DNA from: a virus
Taxonomy: Duplodnaviria; Caudoviricetes
Strand: one strand, 5' to 3'
IMG/VR virus record: IMGVR_UViG_3300037067_004608
Span: 32,001 to 96,000 of that record
Length of the DNA stretch: 64,000 nt
Part shown: piece after piece, positions 21,129 through 33,381 of the stretch
How the letters are laid out: every line of letters starts with the position of its first letter
Position numbering within the stretch: the stretch's first letter is position 1
Made by a program: the position numbers and the translations under genes
The notes under the pieces: model-generated
Databases searched by the model: none
Seen by the model: only the letters and a program-made list of their open reading frames with translations
Told to the model about the DNA's origin: nothing

Positions 21129-21202
21129 CCAGAGATACCTGTAAACTTAGCCCAGTTAGGTCTGTCTAACTGGGCTTACATCATGCTTGAAAGGAGAACA
21201 AT

Positions 21203-23792
21203 GTGAAGTGCCCATTTTGTAAAGGTCACGATATGGATTATGTTGAAAAACATAAATGGCACCAGTGTGACTATTGTAAGACAATAGTTATGAATGACGG
21301 AATAATATACATTATGCCAGATGATTCGCAATTATCACTACGTGAAATCATAGGTAGACTACAGAATCTAATACAAGAATGTGGCATAAGGGTGACAGAA
21401 GAAGGAATAATAGTCAATATTCCATAAGGATGATAAATGAAAAAAGATAATCCAACATGCGAAGATTGTGGGAGATTAGACTGTGAAGGTCTAACAGCAG
21501 AAGATCCATCCCCTATGTGTGTAGATTGGGTTCCAATAAATACAGAAAGAAAGGAGAAGAAATGTCAACAGGAACAGAAGATGTAGAATTTGGTCAATGG
21601 ATGAAGAAAGTAGATGATGTACTAGAGACAGAAATTGGTCTTTCTCATTCAGATCTTCCTGACATAAACTATCGAATAATGTTTGAGTGTGGAGACAGCC
21701 CTTCACAAGCAGCTAGAGAAGCACTCGATGAAGCAGGATTCTAATGGTCAAAGTCAGAGATAGAACTCAAGATAGAAAATCATACTCTGGATCAGAGGCA
21801 GATGCCAAAGACAGAGAGTGCCCGTGTAGATCGTGTTTTAGAATCCATGACTACGGAAGCACAGATTATTCTGGTAAATGGGTAACAAACTATAGATGCT
21901 GGAGAAGAGAGCAAGATGGTTGCCCAGATAATATACCAGAACCAGAACATATCTTTGTATCAGATAGAGCATATGTCTGTAAAAGATGTGGATACAGGAG
22001 AAAGAAACAATGAGAATATTTTCAAAACTTTTCCCTTTCCGTAAACAAAAGAAAAAGGAGGTGGTGAAAGAACCAGTAGAAGAAATTTGTCTAAACTGCC
22101 ACTGGTGGAGAGATAGAAATGACACATCTAAATATCCACCAATAGGAATTGGAATTGGCAGATGTTTCAAAGAGCATGGGTGCCCACTTGATGGATACAA
22201 AGCGCATTTTGCGCACTCTTGCTTTGATGACTGGAAAGAAAAGAAGGTGGCAAATGCTTAAGCCAGATGTTAAAGTATTTGAACTAAGAGATAGGATGAC
22301 TACAATATCTATCATGTGTATTAGGATAGATTTGTCAGAAGTAACAGAACCAGATAGATTTATCATCAGAAGAGCAGGTTGGGGTTCTAATGCCAAGGCT
22401 ATTTATATGATAAATCTATCGACTTGCCAATGTATATTCGAGCCTGGAAGATGGAACTCACATACATATGATACAGCACATCAATATGTAGAGGAGCACT
22501 GGGACGAATTACAAGGAGGGGAGGTGATTGATGCAGAATATATTCGTGGCGAATCAGAAAAGCCAAAAGAAAGTGAAAGACATTTAGAAGGAAAGTAATC
22601 AACTTGAAAGGACTCTCATATGAGATTACATATAGAAGAAACTGATTCGCCAATGCTAACTGATGATGCTCTAGCAAATGCTTCAAGACCTCTAAATCAA
22701 TATAATCCTCCATCTGGAGATGAAATACTGAGAACATGGGAACAGGAAGATATGCCTCTGCCATTTAGAGATGAGGACAATCTTCCATATATGTGCTTCA
22801 TCAAAGATAAGATGCACGCAATAATACACAGACCTCTTGATGGTATAGAATATCATTGTGCGGTAGTGTATCACGAAGAAAAAGGCTGTATCTATATCTG
22901 TAACTGCTATAACGACATAGATGCAAATAGAATATACATCATATTCGGAATGGCAGCCTTTTGGCATCTTATCCTTCCCGAAGAAGGAATAACCGCTAAT
23001 TAGAGCGTGAATTCACGCGAATGCAGTCGGTTTGCAGCTTCCCTCGACTTCTAACCCGTCTAATATCTAGGAGGAATAGATGAAAGACTTCAACGCCTAT
23101 TCAGTTGGTCCACTATCAGCTTCTGTGTGTAGTTCTCTTGGACCAGAAGAGACTGTTAAAAGAATGAATGAAGAACATCCAACTGGAATAGATTCACCTT
23201 GGTCAATCTCCAAAGAAACACACTTCAGAACTGGCCAGCCAAATCCTTGCTTCTGTGAAGAGAGTCCTACAACTCACATGCACTATTTGCTTATAACATT
23301 GCCAGATCTCGAAGACACTCTAACACAGATAGCAAAGACAATAGAGGAAAAGTTATGAGAGAACACAAAGATATTGAAATGACTCCAGAACTACATTTGA
23401 AATCTCTCAAACTCATAAGAGAGATAATTGCAAATAGTTCCAAGATAATGTATTATGATGATACTACTCCTGGAAATAAGCACACAGAATGTAGCTGGGG
23501 ACTTTGTACAGATGCAAAAGAAGCATGGCCAGATAGTGAAATGCATCTGTGGCCAGATCAGTTTGAAGAAAAAGGAAGAGTTGCTCCAAAATATCACAAG
23601 AAAGATCAAGTGTGTCCTCTTGATACTAGATCAATAGAAGCAGATCATTCAAACGGATGTTTCTATACATGCCAAGCTTTCAAAAGAAAGAAAAGAAAGC
23701 AGCCTCTGACTAAAGAATATGTTCTTCAACTCTTTGATACAGAGATACAGAGATACGAAGGACTATTAGCAAATGACAAAGTCATACGATAA
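21203..23792 (+). other. Cluster of small hypothetical genes (21203-21427, 21562-21744, 21744-22013, about 22010-22261, 22254-22598, 22620-23003, 23080-23358, 23355-23792)
   Basis: Coupled plus-strand ORFs, several Cys/His-rich. Confidence 0.65.
23005..23025 (+). repeat. Palindromic element copy 5
   Basis: GCGTGAATTCACGCGAATGCA; the satellite box appears inverted further downstream (CCCGTCTAA, about 23055). Confidence 0.9.
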
Positions 23793-23848
23793 GTATGCCC
23801 TGGCAAAAGGGCTAGACTAGCGTATTATAGAAAGGGTAAAGAGAAAGC

Positions 23849-24934
23849 ATGGAAATGTTACAAACAGCAGATGGACTAGACCTTATAATACCTATGAAGG
23901 CAGTCGGAACAACAAAAGACAAACTCAAAGAGATCATAGCGTCCCCGCTGTGGACATGTGACTTTAAGCTAGATGGTCACTTCTTTGTAGCTTATATCAA
24001 CTACGACAATATTCAAGATACCCCAATAAGATTCTTCAGCAGAAATATATCAGTAGAAACTGGAGTTTTCTCTGAACGTACAGACCACCTAAAAGACCTA
24101 GCAATATCAAAATGTCTTCAATTCAGAGATTATGGCAAGATGATAATAACTGGAGAATTATGCCATTATCTTGGTAAAGATACAGTCACAAGTGTCTGTG
24201 GTGGTTACGCCATTAGTGCTTGGAAAAGACAGGAAGAACTTGGTAGGCCAGTTTTCTGCCCATTTGACCTAATAGCTTATGATGGTGAGTGGTTAGGAAA
24301 TTGTCCTCTTAAAGATAGAAAAGCACTTCTAGCTGCTATATGTGATGAAGTAGATATAGGAGTTATCATAGACAAAGAAAATCTAAAAGACCCTGTAGAC
24401 AAAGACCTTTGGATGATAACACCTACTCTTGATCTAATACAGCAAAAGATAGGTGATGAAAGATTCGGAAAAGATGAAATGTGGAACTACGCTCTTGAAC
24501 ATGGTTTTGAAGGGCTTGTACACAAACGTCTTTCATCTGTATATAATCCTGGATATATATCAAATGATATAGTCAGGATACGAGGATCAAAAGACTGGAT
24601 CAAACAGAAAAAGAAAAGAGAGTTTGATGTAATAATTCTTAGATTCACAGATGCCAAGGAAGGAAAGACAGGACAATTTCTTGGTATGGTTGGAGCAGTT
24701 GTCTTTGGACAATACAAAGATGGAGAGCTTGTAGAGATAGGTCAAGCCTCTGGATTTGATGTTGCCACTAGACAAGACATGACTGACCACCCAGATAGAT
24801 ATATCGGCAAAGTCGCAGTAGTTGAAGCTCAGGAACGAAGTTCAGCAAGAGATAGATTGAGGCACGCACAATTCAAAGGACTTCGTGATGACAAAAATCC
24901 TGCGGAGTGTATATATGACGAAACAGAAGCTTGA
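23849..24934 (+). CDS. lig: ATP-dependent DNA ligase
   Basis: KLDG adenylation motif, TGEL, PFDL, EGLVHK, WIKQK, OB domain with LRHAQFKGLRDDK. Confidence 0.9.
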   Translation: MEMLQTADGLDLIIPMKAVGTTKDKLKEIIASPLWTCDFKLDGHFFVAYINYDNIQDTPIRFFSRNISVETGVFSERTDHLKDLAISKCLQFRDYGKMIITGELCHYLGKDTVTSVCGGYAISAWKRQEELGRPVFCPFDLIAYDGEWLGNCPLKDRKALLAAICDEVDIGVIIDKENLKDPVDKDLWMITPTLDLIQQKIGDERFGKDEMWNYALEHGFEGLVHKRLSSVYNPGYISNDIVRIRGSKDWIKQKKKREFDVIILRFTDAKEGKTGQFLGMVGAVVFGQYKDGELVEIGQASGFDVATRQDMTDHPDRYIGKVAVVEAQERSSARDRLRHAQFKGLRDDKNPAECIYDETEA

Positions 24935-27148
24935 TGCTGATGCAGAAGCAGAAGCAGAAGCAAAAGATATAATTGGAGATGCATACATATCTCAAAATGG
25001 ATGGCCTTTCAGTATCTCTATACCAATAGAGATAATAGAAAGAGTAGCAGATAGAATCAAAAGAGCTGGAGAATCTGCTGTAGCAGAAGGTCCACTTGAG
25101 ATTATAGTAATGCTATATTTCAAACATAGAAAGCAAGCCCTAGCACCTCTTGATATACCAGATAGTATAGATGTTTCTATTCACGAAGAACGCCAAGATA
25201 TTATTGGCGGTTGTTTAGAACTTGGACTACCAATCTGGAGTTCGCCGAGACAAATGGTTTCTATTGAAACTAATCAAGAGACAATAGTCCTTGATATAGA
25301 AAGACTTGAACCATTAAGATTGTCTCCGTCAGACTATATAATTCGGGAGGTTCAATGTGTCAGTACTACTTGATGACGTTGGTAAGGTATTATGTGAACA
25401 AGGAGAAAATCTTGAATGTCTACACCCAAAGACAATAAAGTACATCGAGCTGTGTGATGAAACAGCAAGAGTAAACTACCACAGGAGCAATCCTGAATAC
25501 AGTAGGCAAGTCAAAGCTATGGTTGTGGCATCTGCTAGAACATTTGATCTTATAGTCAAAGAACTTGATCAAATAAAAAGCGAAGTCCACAGCATAAGAG
25601 ACTCGACAAGAAAGGAGCCAGAAAATGGCACAGAAAGAACTAACAACTGATCAGATCCAAAAGATTGAGCAGTTCATGGAAGGAAGAACAACTCTAGTTG
25701 AAGCAGAAGTTACTGAGTTTATAACAAGCAATTCTCTTCCATGGGAATCTGCCGCAGCCTTCAGAATGTGGGTGAAAGCGAATGGATACTGGAACTCTGA
25801 AGGCACTACTATCAAGGCATCTACCAAAGGACCATCTGTAAAGGGAATACAGAGCTTTGGAGAGAACACAGATGCAATGTCTACTGCAGATATTCTTCTA
25901 CAAGACCCAGAGAAAGCAATCTCTGGAGCAATTTCTCAACTTGAAGAAGAGATCGGTAAGATTCAGCTAGAAGCTGAGCAACAGATCTCAATAATCAAGT
26001 CTGCAGCAGAAGAGAAAGTTGCTGCTAGGAAAGACAAGATAGAGCAGCTAAGAAAGGTTATTCAGAATAGATGATAACCAAGGCCCTTGATCTGGAGAAT
26101 CTTTCTCCAGAAATAAAAGACAAGATACGAACACTCTGTAACCAAAACCCAACCGATGACAAGCTCGAATCTCTAGCATCTGAACTGGAGATAGGCCATC
26201 TATTTCCAGAAGGGAAGATCGCAGATGGGTTTAGAATCTGGCTAAAGGTTCTAGGTTATATCAAGCCAAAAGACTCACAGTCTGGCGAGATACCAATTGT
26301 AGCATGGATAGATATGCAGGCAGAAAGCTATCTTGAAGACAACCCAAACCAAGCTGGAAAGGGTGAAGAGATAGCAAACACACTTGAGCTTAGACTATCA
26401 ATTGTGTCTGATGTCTTTCTAAAGTCTAACGATCTTCTTAAAAGAGTGAAAGAGAAAATAGAGAGTGAGAAAACTTCAGATTGATGGAATAACTCTCACT
26501 CTTGAAGGGGTAGAGGCTTGTGAAGTTGTACAGAGCCTCTACCCTGAACTAGATGATGAGGGATTGCTTGGAATCCTGTTCAGCCTAGTAAAAGCTGATC
26601 CATCCCTAGATTATATAAGACTATCAAAGGGAGGGCCACAAGCCTTTGTTACCTGTTTATGTAAAGAGTGTAACAATGATACAATTATGTCTCTAGGCTG
26701 GAAAGGTCATATTGGTTGGATAGAGACTGGTCTATGTGCTCTGTGTAGAATGAAGAGGGATTTCAGATGCAAGTCTACGGATACCAATGCACAAAATGCT
26801 TTATGCAATCAGGATATGGATTCAGCAAAAGAGACATAGACAAAACTCCTGATCCGCCAACTTGCTGCCATGGTGAACCGATGGAAGCATTTAGAATAAT
26901 AGAACATGGAGACAAAGTAAGTGACAATAGTTCTAGCACTTAGTATAATTGCTCTTTTTGTTTCAATATTGCTGAATATAAGAGCAATATTCTTGCTTAA
27001 GAGAACAAGAAAATGTATAAATGGCATCATCGCAGTGCAGATAGAGATGGCTACACTAATACCAAAAACAATAGCATCATCACTATCAATACTTTTATCT
27101 GAAGATGAAGATGCAAAGTCTGCACTAAAGGAGATGATAAGTAAATGA
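24915..27148 (+). other. Hypothetical genes (24915-25373, 25357-25650, 25625-26074, 26071-26484, 26465-26839, 26921-27148)
   Basis: Coupled ORFs; 25625 and 26071 share an FR(M/I)W(V/L)K..GY motif. Confidence 0.65.
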
Positions 27149-28941
27149 TTAGGTTTGATCTAGCAGCAACTGGAGTTGGATCACTAGAGGTAAAAGGAAG
27201 ACACTTCTATCGTGTCCAAAGAGAACTTGGCTGTAAGATAACCTATTATGGAGCATTCTTTGGAGAGAAAAGCCAGAAGTGGTTCTTCTCATTTCATAAC
27301 TACAGAAGAATAAGAGACTATGTATCTGGACTCGACGATCAGGAAAAAGTTATGAGTCAAGAGTTCAGCACAGTAATAATTCCTTATCTACAAAATCAAG
27401 ATGTAATCAGAAGAATAAAAGACGGAGAGCCAACTCCAGAAATAATGTGCCAGAATCTTAACTATGAGTTAAGACCCTATCAAGTGATTGGATCAGCATT
27501 TCTCCGATTAGTTGAGAGAGCCTTACTTGCTGATGATATGGGATTAGGCAAAACTCCTCAGACAATATCAGCAGCACTTTCTTTGGTAGAATCAAACTCA
27601 ATACAAAGAGTTCTTATTGTTTGTCCTTCATCTCTAAAATGGCAATGGGAATCAGAAATAAGAAAGTTTGCACCAGAGCCATATAGCAATGAGTCTGTTG
27701 TAATAGAAGGACAAGCTGTATCACGACGACAATTGTATGGAAGCAAATTATTCTCTATTGCCAATTATGAGCTTATAAGAAATGACCTAGAGAGATTATT
27801 GGAAATTGACTGGGACTTGATAGTTCTTGATGAGGCACAGAGAATAAAGTCACGAGGAAGATATAAGACAGATACAAAGACAGGAACAAGAGTTGCTACA
27901 GGATGTAAGACTACAGCTGCAATAAAAGAACTTAGTTCAAGATATAGATGGGCAATAACAGGAACTCCTATTGAGAATAGCATAATTGATATGTTCTCTA
28001 TTCTTGAGTTCTTAGACCCGATGATATTTGGTTCTATTGCAGCATTCAAAAAGAGATATATGAAACAGACTCCATGGGGTTCCCAAACTGGAACCTCACA
28101 GAGTGAAGAACTGAAGCGGAAACTTGCGCCCATAGTTCTAAGACGTGAAAAGGCACTTGTCCTTCCATGGCTTCCACCATGTACAGAAAATGAAGAACCT
28201 TGCGAACTTGTTGGAGATCAAAGGCGTCTATATCAGGAATTTGAAGATGAGACACTAGAAGCTCTAAATGCTATATCAAATAAGCAAGGGAAAGAAAGAC
28301 AGCAGGCTCAGTTTGAAATAGTAGCAAAGATGGTTTATCTCAGAGAGATTTGTGATTCACCAGAGCTAATAGATCCAAACATAAAAGAATCAGGAAAACT
28401 ATCTTCACTACTTGCAATACTAGAAGATTTGCCAATAGGCAAAGTATTGATATTCTCTCAATTTGAGAGAATGACAGCAATTATTGAAAGAGAGATTGAA
28501 GCAAGATTTGGAATGGCTCTACAGCCATTTAGAATACATGGTGGAGTAGATTCACACACAAGAAATAACATAAAAGACATATTCAATCTAATTGATAGAC
28601 CTGTTGCTCTAGTAACTACAGACTGTTCAAAATATGGAGTTAATATGCAGGCAGCAAGGTGGGTATTTAATTATGATCTCCCTTATAATCCTGCTATAAT
28701 CTCACAGAGAATAGGCCGTGCACACAGAGATGGTATGGATGAAGTAGAAAGGCTTGGTGATGATAACAATGTAACAGTAATAAACCTAACTGTAGCAAAC
28801 ACAATTGAAGATAGAGTCAAAAAGATAATTAACACAAAAAGACTAATCTTCAATGATATAATGACTGACAACCAGATACTTCACAAGTTCTCTCTTGATG
28901 AACTAAGATACATTCTAACGGGGCGCGAAGTCGCCGCGTAA
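27145..28941 (+). CDS. SNF2-family helicase/ATPase
   Basis: LRPYQ, LADDMGLGKT, LIVCPSSL, VLDEAQRIK, ITGTPIEN, KVLIFSQF, QRIGRAHR. Confidence 0.95.
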   Translation: MIRFDLAATGVGSLEVKGRHFYRVQRELGCKITYYGAFFGEKSQKWFFSFHNYRRIRDYVSGLDDQEKVMSQEFSTVIIPYLQNQDVIRRIKDGEPTPEIMCQNLNYELRPYQVIGSAFLRLVERALLADDMGLGKTPQTISAALSLVESNSIQRVLIVCPSSLKWQWESEIRKFAPEPYSNESVVIEGQAVSRRQLYGSKLFSIANYELIRNDLERLLEIDWDLIVLDEAQRIKSRGRYKTDTKTGTRVATGCKTTAAIKELSSRYRWAITGTPIENSIIDMFSILEFLDPMIFGSIAAFKKRYMKQTPWGSQTGTSQSEELKRKLAPIVLRREKALVLPWLPPCTENEEPCELVGDQRRLYQEFEDETLEALNAISNKQGKERQQAQFEIVAKMVYLREICDSPELIDPNIKESGKLSSLLAILEDLPIGKVLIFSQFERMTAIIEREIEARFGMALQPFRIHGGVDSHTRNNIKDIFNLIDRPVALVTTDCSKYGVNMQAARWVFNYDLPYNPAIISQRIGRAHRDGMDEVERLGDDNNVTVINLTVANTIEDRVKKIINTKRLIFNDIMTDNQILHKFSLDELRYILTGREVAA

Positions 28942-28973
28942 GACGGAATCGAGGGTTTGCGACCTACTTTTAA

Positions 28974-29017
28974 GCGTGAATTCACGCGAATGCACCGCCT
29001 CTCGGATACTAGACGGG
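28974..29017 (+). repeat. Palindromic element copy 6
   Basis: GCGTGAATTCACGCGAATGCA-N13-ACTAGACGGG. Confidence 0.9.
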
Positions 29018-29758
29018 TTTTAATACTCGTTTCCTAAGTAAAGAGGGTGCAATGACATAATAACAGGAGAAGATAATGGTAGTGGACAGTAAACAATATG
29101 CCGTTGGTTTAACTAGGATATATTTCTATTGTTTCGAGTGTGGACCAGATATAGATGATCCTAGTGCACCAGGCAAGAAAAAGAAAGACACTCCTGGCCA
29201 GAGAGTTATGAAAGCTGAATGGAGAAAAGATTCCAGAGTATATTGTCCACGCTGTAAAAGACTTATGATCTTTGATGGTGATGCATTATATGACAATGTA
29301 ACAGGAAATGCTCATTTTTGGATAGAGAGACCAGATGGACTCATAGTCCCAAGAGGTCACCTATTCAGATACGACCTAAAAGGTGAAGGATATGTTTCAC
29401 CAAGATACATTTCACCAAAACCAGGAGATGGTGTAAACATAGACTTTGTAAAAGAATATGATAGGCTGAATGGAGGAAACAGTGCAGTGCAACAGATGCC
29501 CTAATACTTTCCCAAAAGATGCAGTCCACGATCTTCATCTTGATATAGAAGAAGGAGTCATGATACATGTTTCCTTCCCTATAAATCAAGTTGATGGAGA
29601 AGTAATTTCTCTGTGTAAAGATTGTCTACAGTCAACTTTCCAAGAGTTCATGGACAATCTTAATCCAGCACAAAAGCAATTCATGAGAGACCAAGCAAGA
29701 AAACAAGCGATTGATGTATCAATATTATCGCTTGTAGCAGATATGGAAGAATAAAAGG

Positions 29759-29828
29759 GTGGGTAGGGTCAACTGACCATCGAGCGGATATTTGTCCCTC
29801 TAGGTTTATCAGTCAAGACCCTACCCAC
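29759..29828 (+). promoter_or_regulatory. Long stem-loop upstream of the nucleotidyltransferase gene
   Basis: GTGGGTAGGGTC/GACCCTACCCAC 12-bp stem with inner ACTGA/TCAGT and GGATA/TGTCC. Confidence 0.55.
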
Positions 29829-29859
29829 ATATACCACCGACCACACAAGGAGCAAATAA

Positions 29860-30582
29860 ATGTCTTTTGTAGAAGTCCCAATACTAAGAGGTTTCACAGA
29901 AGTTGAACCTCTATTCAACCTTTCTTCTAACATAGCATACATTTGTGGAGGCTATGCTAGATATTGCTGTTCTCAAAACAAGAAAGTAACTCCTGCCCAA
30001 GATTGTGATGTTTTCCCAACAACTGAAACCTCATATGAAACTCTCAAAGCTGCTCTTGTAGAAAAGATAGGCTTTGAGGTATCTTATGAAAATGGAGTCT
30101 GTCTCACTTTAAGAGTTCCAAAGAAAGTTCCTGACTCCATGAGCCTCAGATGGAAACACTGCCCACAAATACAGCTTATCAAACCTGTTGTAGAAGGCAG
30201 GGTTGTCACAGTCGGTTCTATAGAAGATATACTAGGGAACTTTGACTTCACGATAACAAGGGCTGCAATCATTCGACCTGACGCTTGTCTAGTAGATGAA
30301 AACTTCATTAAAGATGAAAGTAATCACCTTCTTAGACTTGAAACAATCCACTGTCCGATCTCATCTTTGCTTAGGTGTATAAAGTATGGTAGAAAAGGTT
30401 ATTGGATGAGACCTTCAGAAGCTCTCAATTTATTCCTTGATTGGGATAATAGAGGTCAGAAGTATAAAGATGAAATCATAGAGTTGTTCAAAACATCTAT
30501 GATGAAAGACGATCAAGGAAAACAAATAAAGATGGAGCAGCAAGAAATTGATCGTCTTGAAACTATGCTTAGGAGAGACTAA
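29860..30582 (+). CDS. Pol-beta superfamily nucleotidyltransferase (CCA/poly(A) polymerase head-like)
   Basis: YICGGYAR, DCDVF, IQLI, ILGNFDFTI. Confidence 0.75.
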   Translation: MSFVEVPILRGFTEVEPLFNLSSNIAYICGGYARYCCSQNKKVTPAQDCDVFPTTETSYETLKAALVEKIGFEVSYENGVCLTLRVPKKVPDSMSLRWKHCPQIQLIKPVVEGRVVTVGSIEDILGNFDFTITRAAIIRPDACLVDENFIKDESNHLLRLETIHCPISSLLRCIKYGRKGYWMRPSEALNLFLDWDNRGQKYKDEIIELFKTSMMKDDQGKQIKMEQQEIDRLETMLRRD

Positions 30583-33345
30583 TGAATCACGAAGATCAAG
30601 GATCAGGATATGATCCTAAAGCATGTGGTTACGAACTTCAAGGAAGAAAATCCAAACCTAATTTTCAGATTAGACATTCTGAACTTGGTATCTTTCAAGG
30701 TCAATGTATGGGAATGGGATTCTGGCACCCAACCTCTGATATGCCTGAGCAGGGTCTTGCTAGATACTTAACAATAGAAGATGCTCAAAGAGATATAGAC
30801 TTCATGTGTTCAGATGCTTGTTCTGACCCGGGCACATATAGAGGTAAGCTATCAATAGAACCATATGATGAGTGCCTCAACGACCTATGTGCAGAGCATA
30901 TGAAAAAGCTAAAAGAAGCTGGACTTACAGAATGCGAGGTTATCAATGAAACTCACTAAAAAAATAGAAGCACACACTTGGAGAGAGATTCTAGCAGCAG
31001 CAGATATAGGAGATTCAGAAATAATCTGCGACAAATGCCACGAACCAATTCTCTGTGAGAAAGGTGAATTTCCTGGCGTCATTATACTAGGGAATATTTA
31101 TGCTGCAAATAAAGATTTTGCTCATAATTTATGTGGGATAATTGGCAACAACTTCCCACACTGGTCTGATGATGGGCAGCCAGAAGTGACTGTTGAAACA
31201 CTTGGCACTGAATTTAAGTTATCTTGGCTAGAAGTAAAAGCCAATGCTTATCATGTCACATGTCTAACAGAACTTCTTATGGAACCATTCAATGAAGAAT
31301 ATCCACCTTGTCCACAAAATTGTGGAGGAAGAATGATAATGTCTGGTGACCATATTCATCACCACTGCAATAAGTGTGGATATGACAAAAGAATGGAGGA
31401 TTAACATGGGAGTAACATTTAACTTTAGCACAGCATTCAAAAATTTTGATTTCAAGAAGTGTATAGAAATGTATGGACTCAAAATACGAGTTGCTGTGCC
31501 AATAATGAATCCAGGTCTAATGGAAGTCCTTAGCCGTTCACATCTAACACAACTAGATGTTATAGATATATTTCACGAGAACCATCCTAAACTTGGTCCA
31601 AACATGGGATTTATATTCCCAGAAAGATTCCTTACTCCGCCACAGAGAAGAAGATTCATACAAGCTATTGTTTCTCACCCACAGACAAAAATAGGTAATC
31701 TAAAATCAGTCGATATAATAACTCACGACGATTTTATTCTTGTAGATTGTATACCTCAAATAGTTAGAATAATAAGATTCACAGAAGATGGATTCTACAA
31801 GAATGCTGAGAGGATGCCTATATCACCTTTTGCAGCAAATAGAGATCAAATATATAGTGCTATATGGCAATCGTGACTGAGAGTCAGCGGTTCTTTCGTC
31901 TGCTCTCGTGTGACATCTTCCTTTTTGCTTTGTCCTTGCTATAGTTCCTTTGTTTCTTTGATCCTGTGTGCTTTGTTCCACGAGAAAAGATATTGAACAT
32001 TCCAGCCATTATTTGCTCCTTTGTTCTGTTGAATCTGCGTTAATGTGTCTCAGTCGCCTCCCTCGATTACACACTACGTGTGTAATTCGCGCGCGCGAAT
32101 GTGACGGCCCTAAGATACAATCAAGGAAATATGTAAAGAGGAATAAGATAGGATTTACTATAGGGAACACCCCAGCACCTCACCCCCTACCCCCTATCCT
32201 CTCCCCTTTATACTCGATTCGATACCGTGCAGACGGTCGGAAAGGATGGATCATTATGGAAAAGAGTTATCTGATTACTCTCAGCATATGTGCGCTCTTT
32301 ATTATAGCATTATCAATTGTGATTGCTATATCAAGGAACCGTATGCTATTTAGACGAGAAGTTGATATATACTTCAATTACATATATGACCTATGGAGCA
32401 ATGGTGTTCCACAATCTCAGTGGAGAAAACCTCTGCCAACTTGCTTAGGTCTTGGATATGGAGAAAAGCAAATAAGAGAAGCTGCAATCAAAAGATTGAG
32501 AGAGGTGACAAATGAGAACATTAGATGACACTAAAGATGAGACTATAAACGGAGTTGAAGTCTCAGTATCACTTATCCCAGTCAAAGGGAATAGAACAGA
32601 AGTGAGGCTATCAGGATATAAGTTTGGCGAACATAGAGGATACATCTGCCGAAAGATTATGAAAGAAGAATCAATTGGCTCTATACTTGCTGGCTTCAAA
32701 AAGAAGTTGGAAGTTGATGTTCAGACTTGTCAGGCTATGATAGAATATATTGAGAGGAAAGAGAAAGATGGATAAGAGACTGCTTGCAAAACAATTGTTT
32801 CAAAAAGCAAGAGAGATTCACTATCTAAATACAGATATATCTAACATGCTTGATGAAGTGGTAACACCAGGATCAGAGCTTCACCTACTTTTGATAGAGG
32901 TAGCTCAGCATAAGATCGGAGATTCACAAAAGATAAAGACAGCTGGTATGAATAACCTACCAGATGATGATGATACTAGCATGACTCTTCTTAAGAAACT
33001 GGAAGAGTTTGGCTTTGTAGTAGAGTTCTACGATGATGGAGACCACCGTATAGACCTTCTCAGATTTAGGATTCCAGAGAAGGAAGAAGCTACAACTCTA
33101 TGCCAATTAGAACTGGAGAATATGTAATGGGATTCACAACTACATTTAGAGATCAGAGAGAAAGCAAGTCTGTCATCCTAGATATTCGTGATAACGGAAT
33201 ACTTGTAAAAACTGCATTTGGTGATAGCAGAGAAATTGCTCTTGCCAGAGCGATTGGAGAACTAGAAGAACAAGTCGAGCGTGGAAAGAAAGCAGCAGAA
33301 ACAGTTAGGTTTCTTAAAACTGTAGATCCAAACTCTGATAAGTAA
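30582..33345 (+). other. Hypothetical genes (30582-30959, 30946-31404, 31406-31876, about 32256-32528, 32512-32775, about 32768-33127, about 33127-33345) with a noncoding gap at 31877-32255
   Basis: Coupled plus-strand ORFs. Confidence 0.6.
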
Positions 33346-33381
33346 ATAGACATAGCAACCAAGCAATCCTCCTTACCCCGT

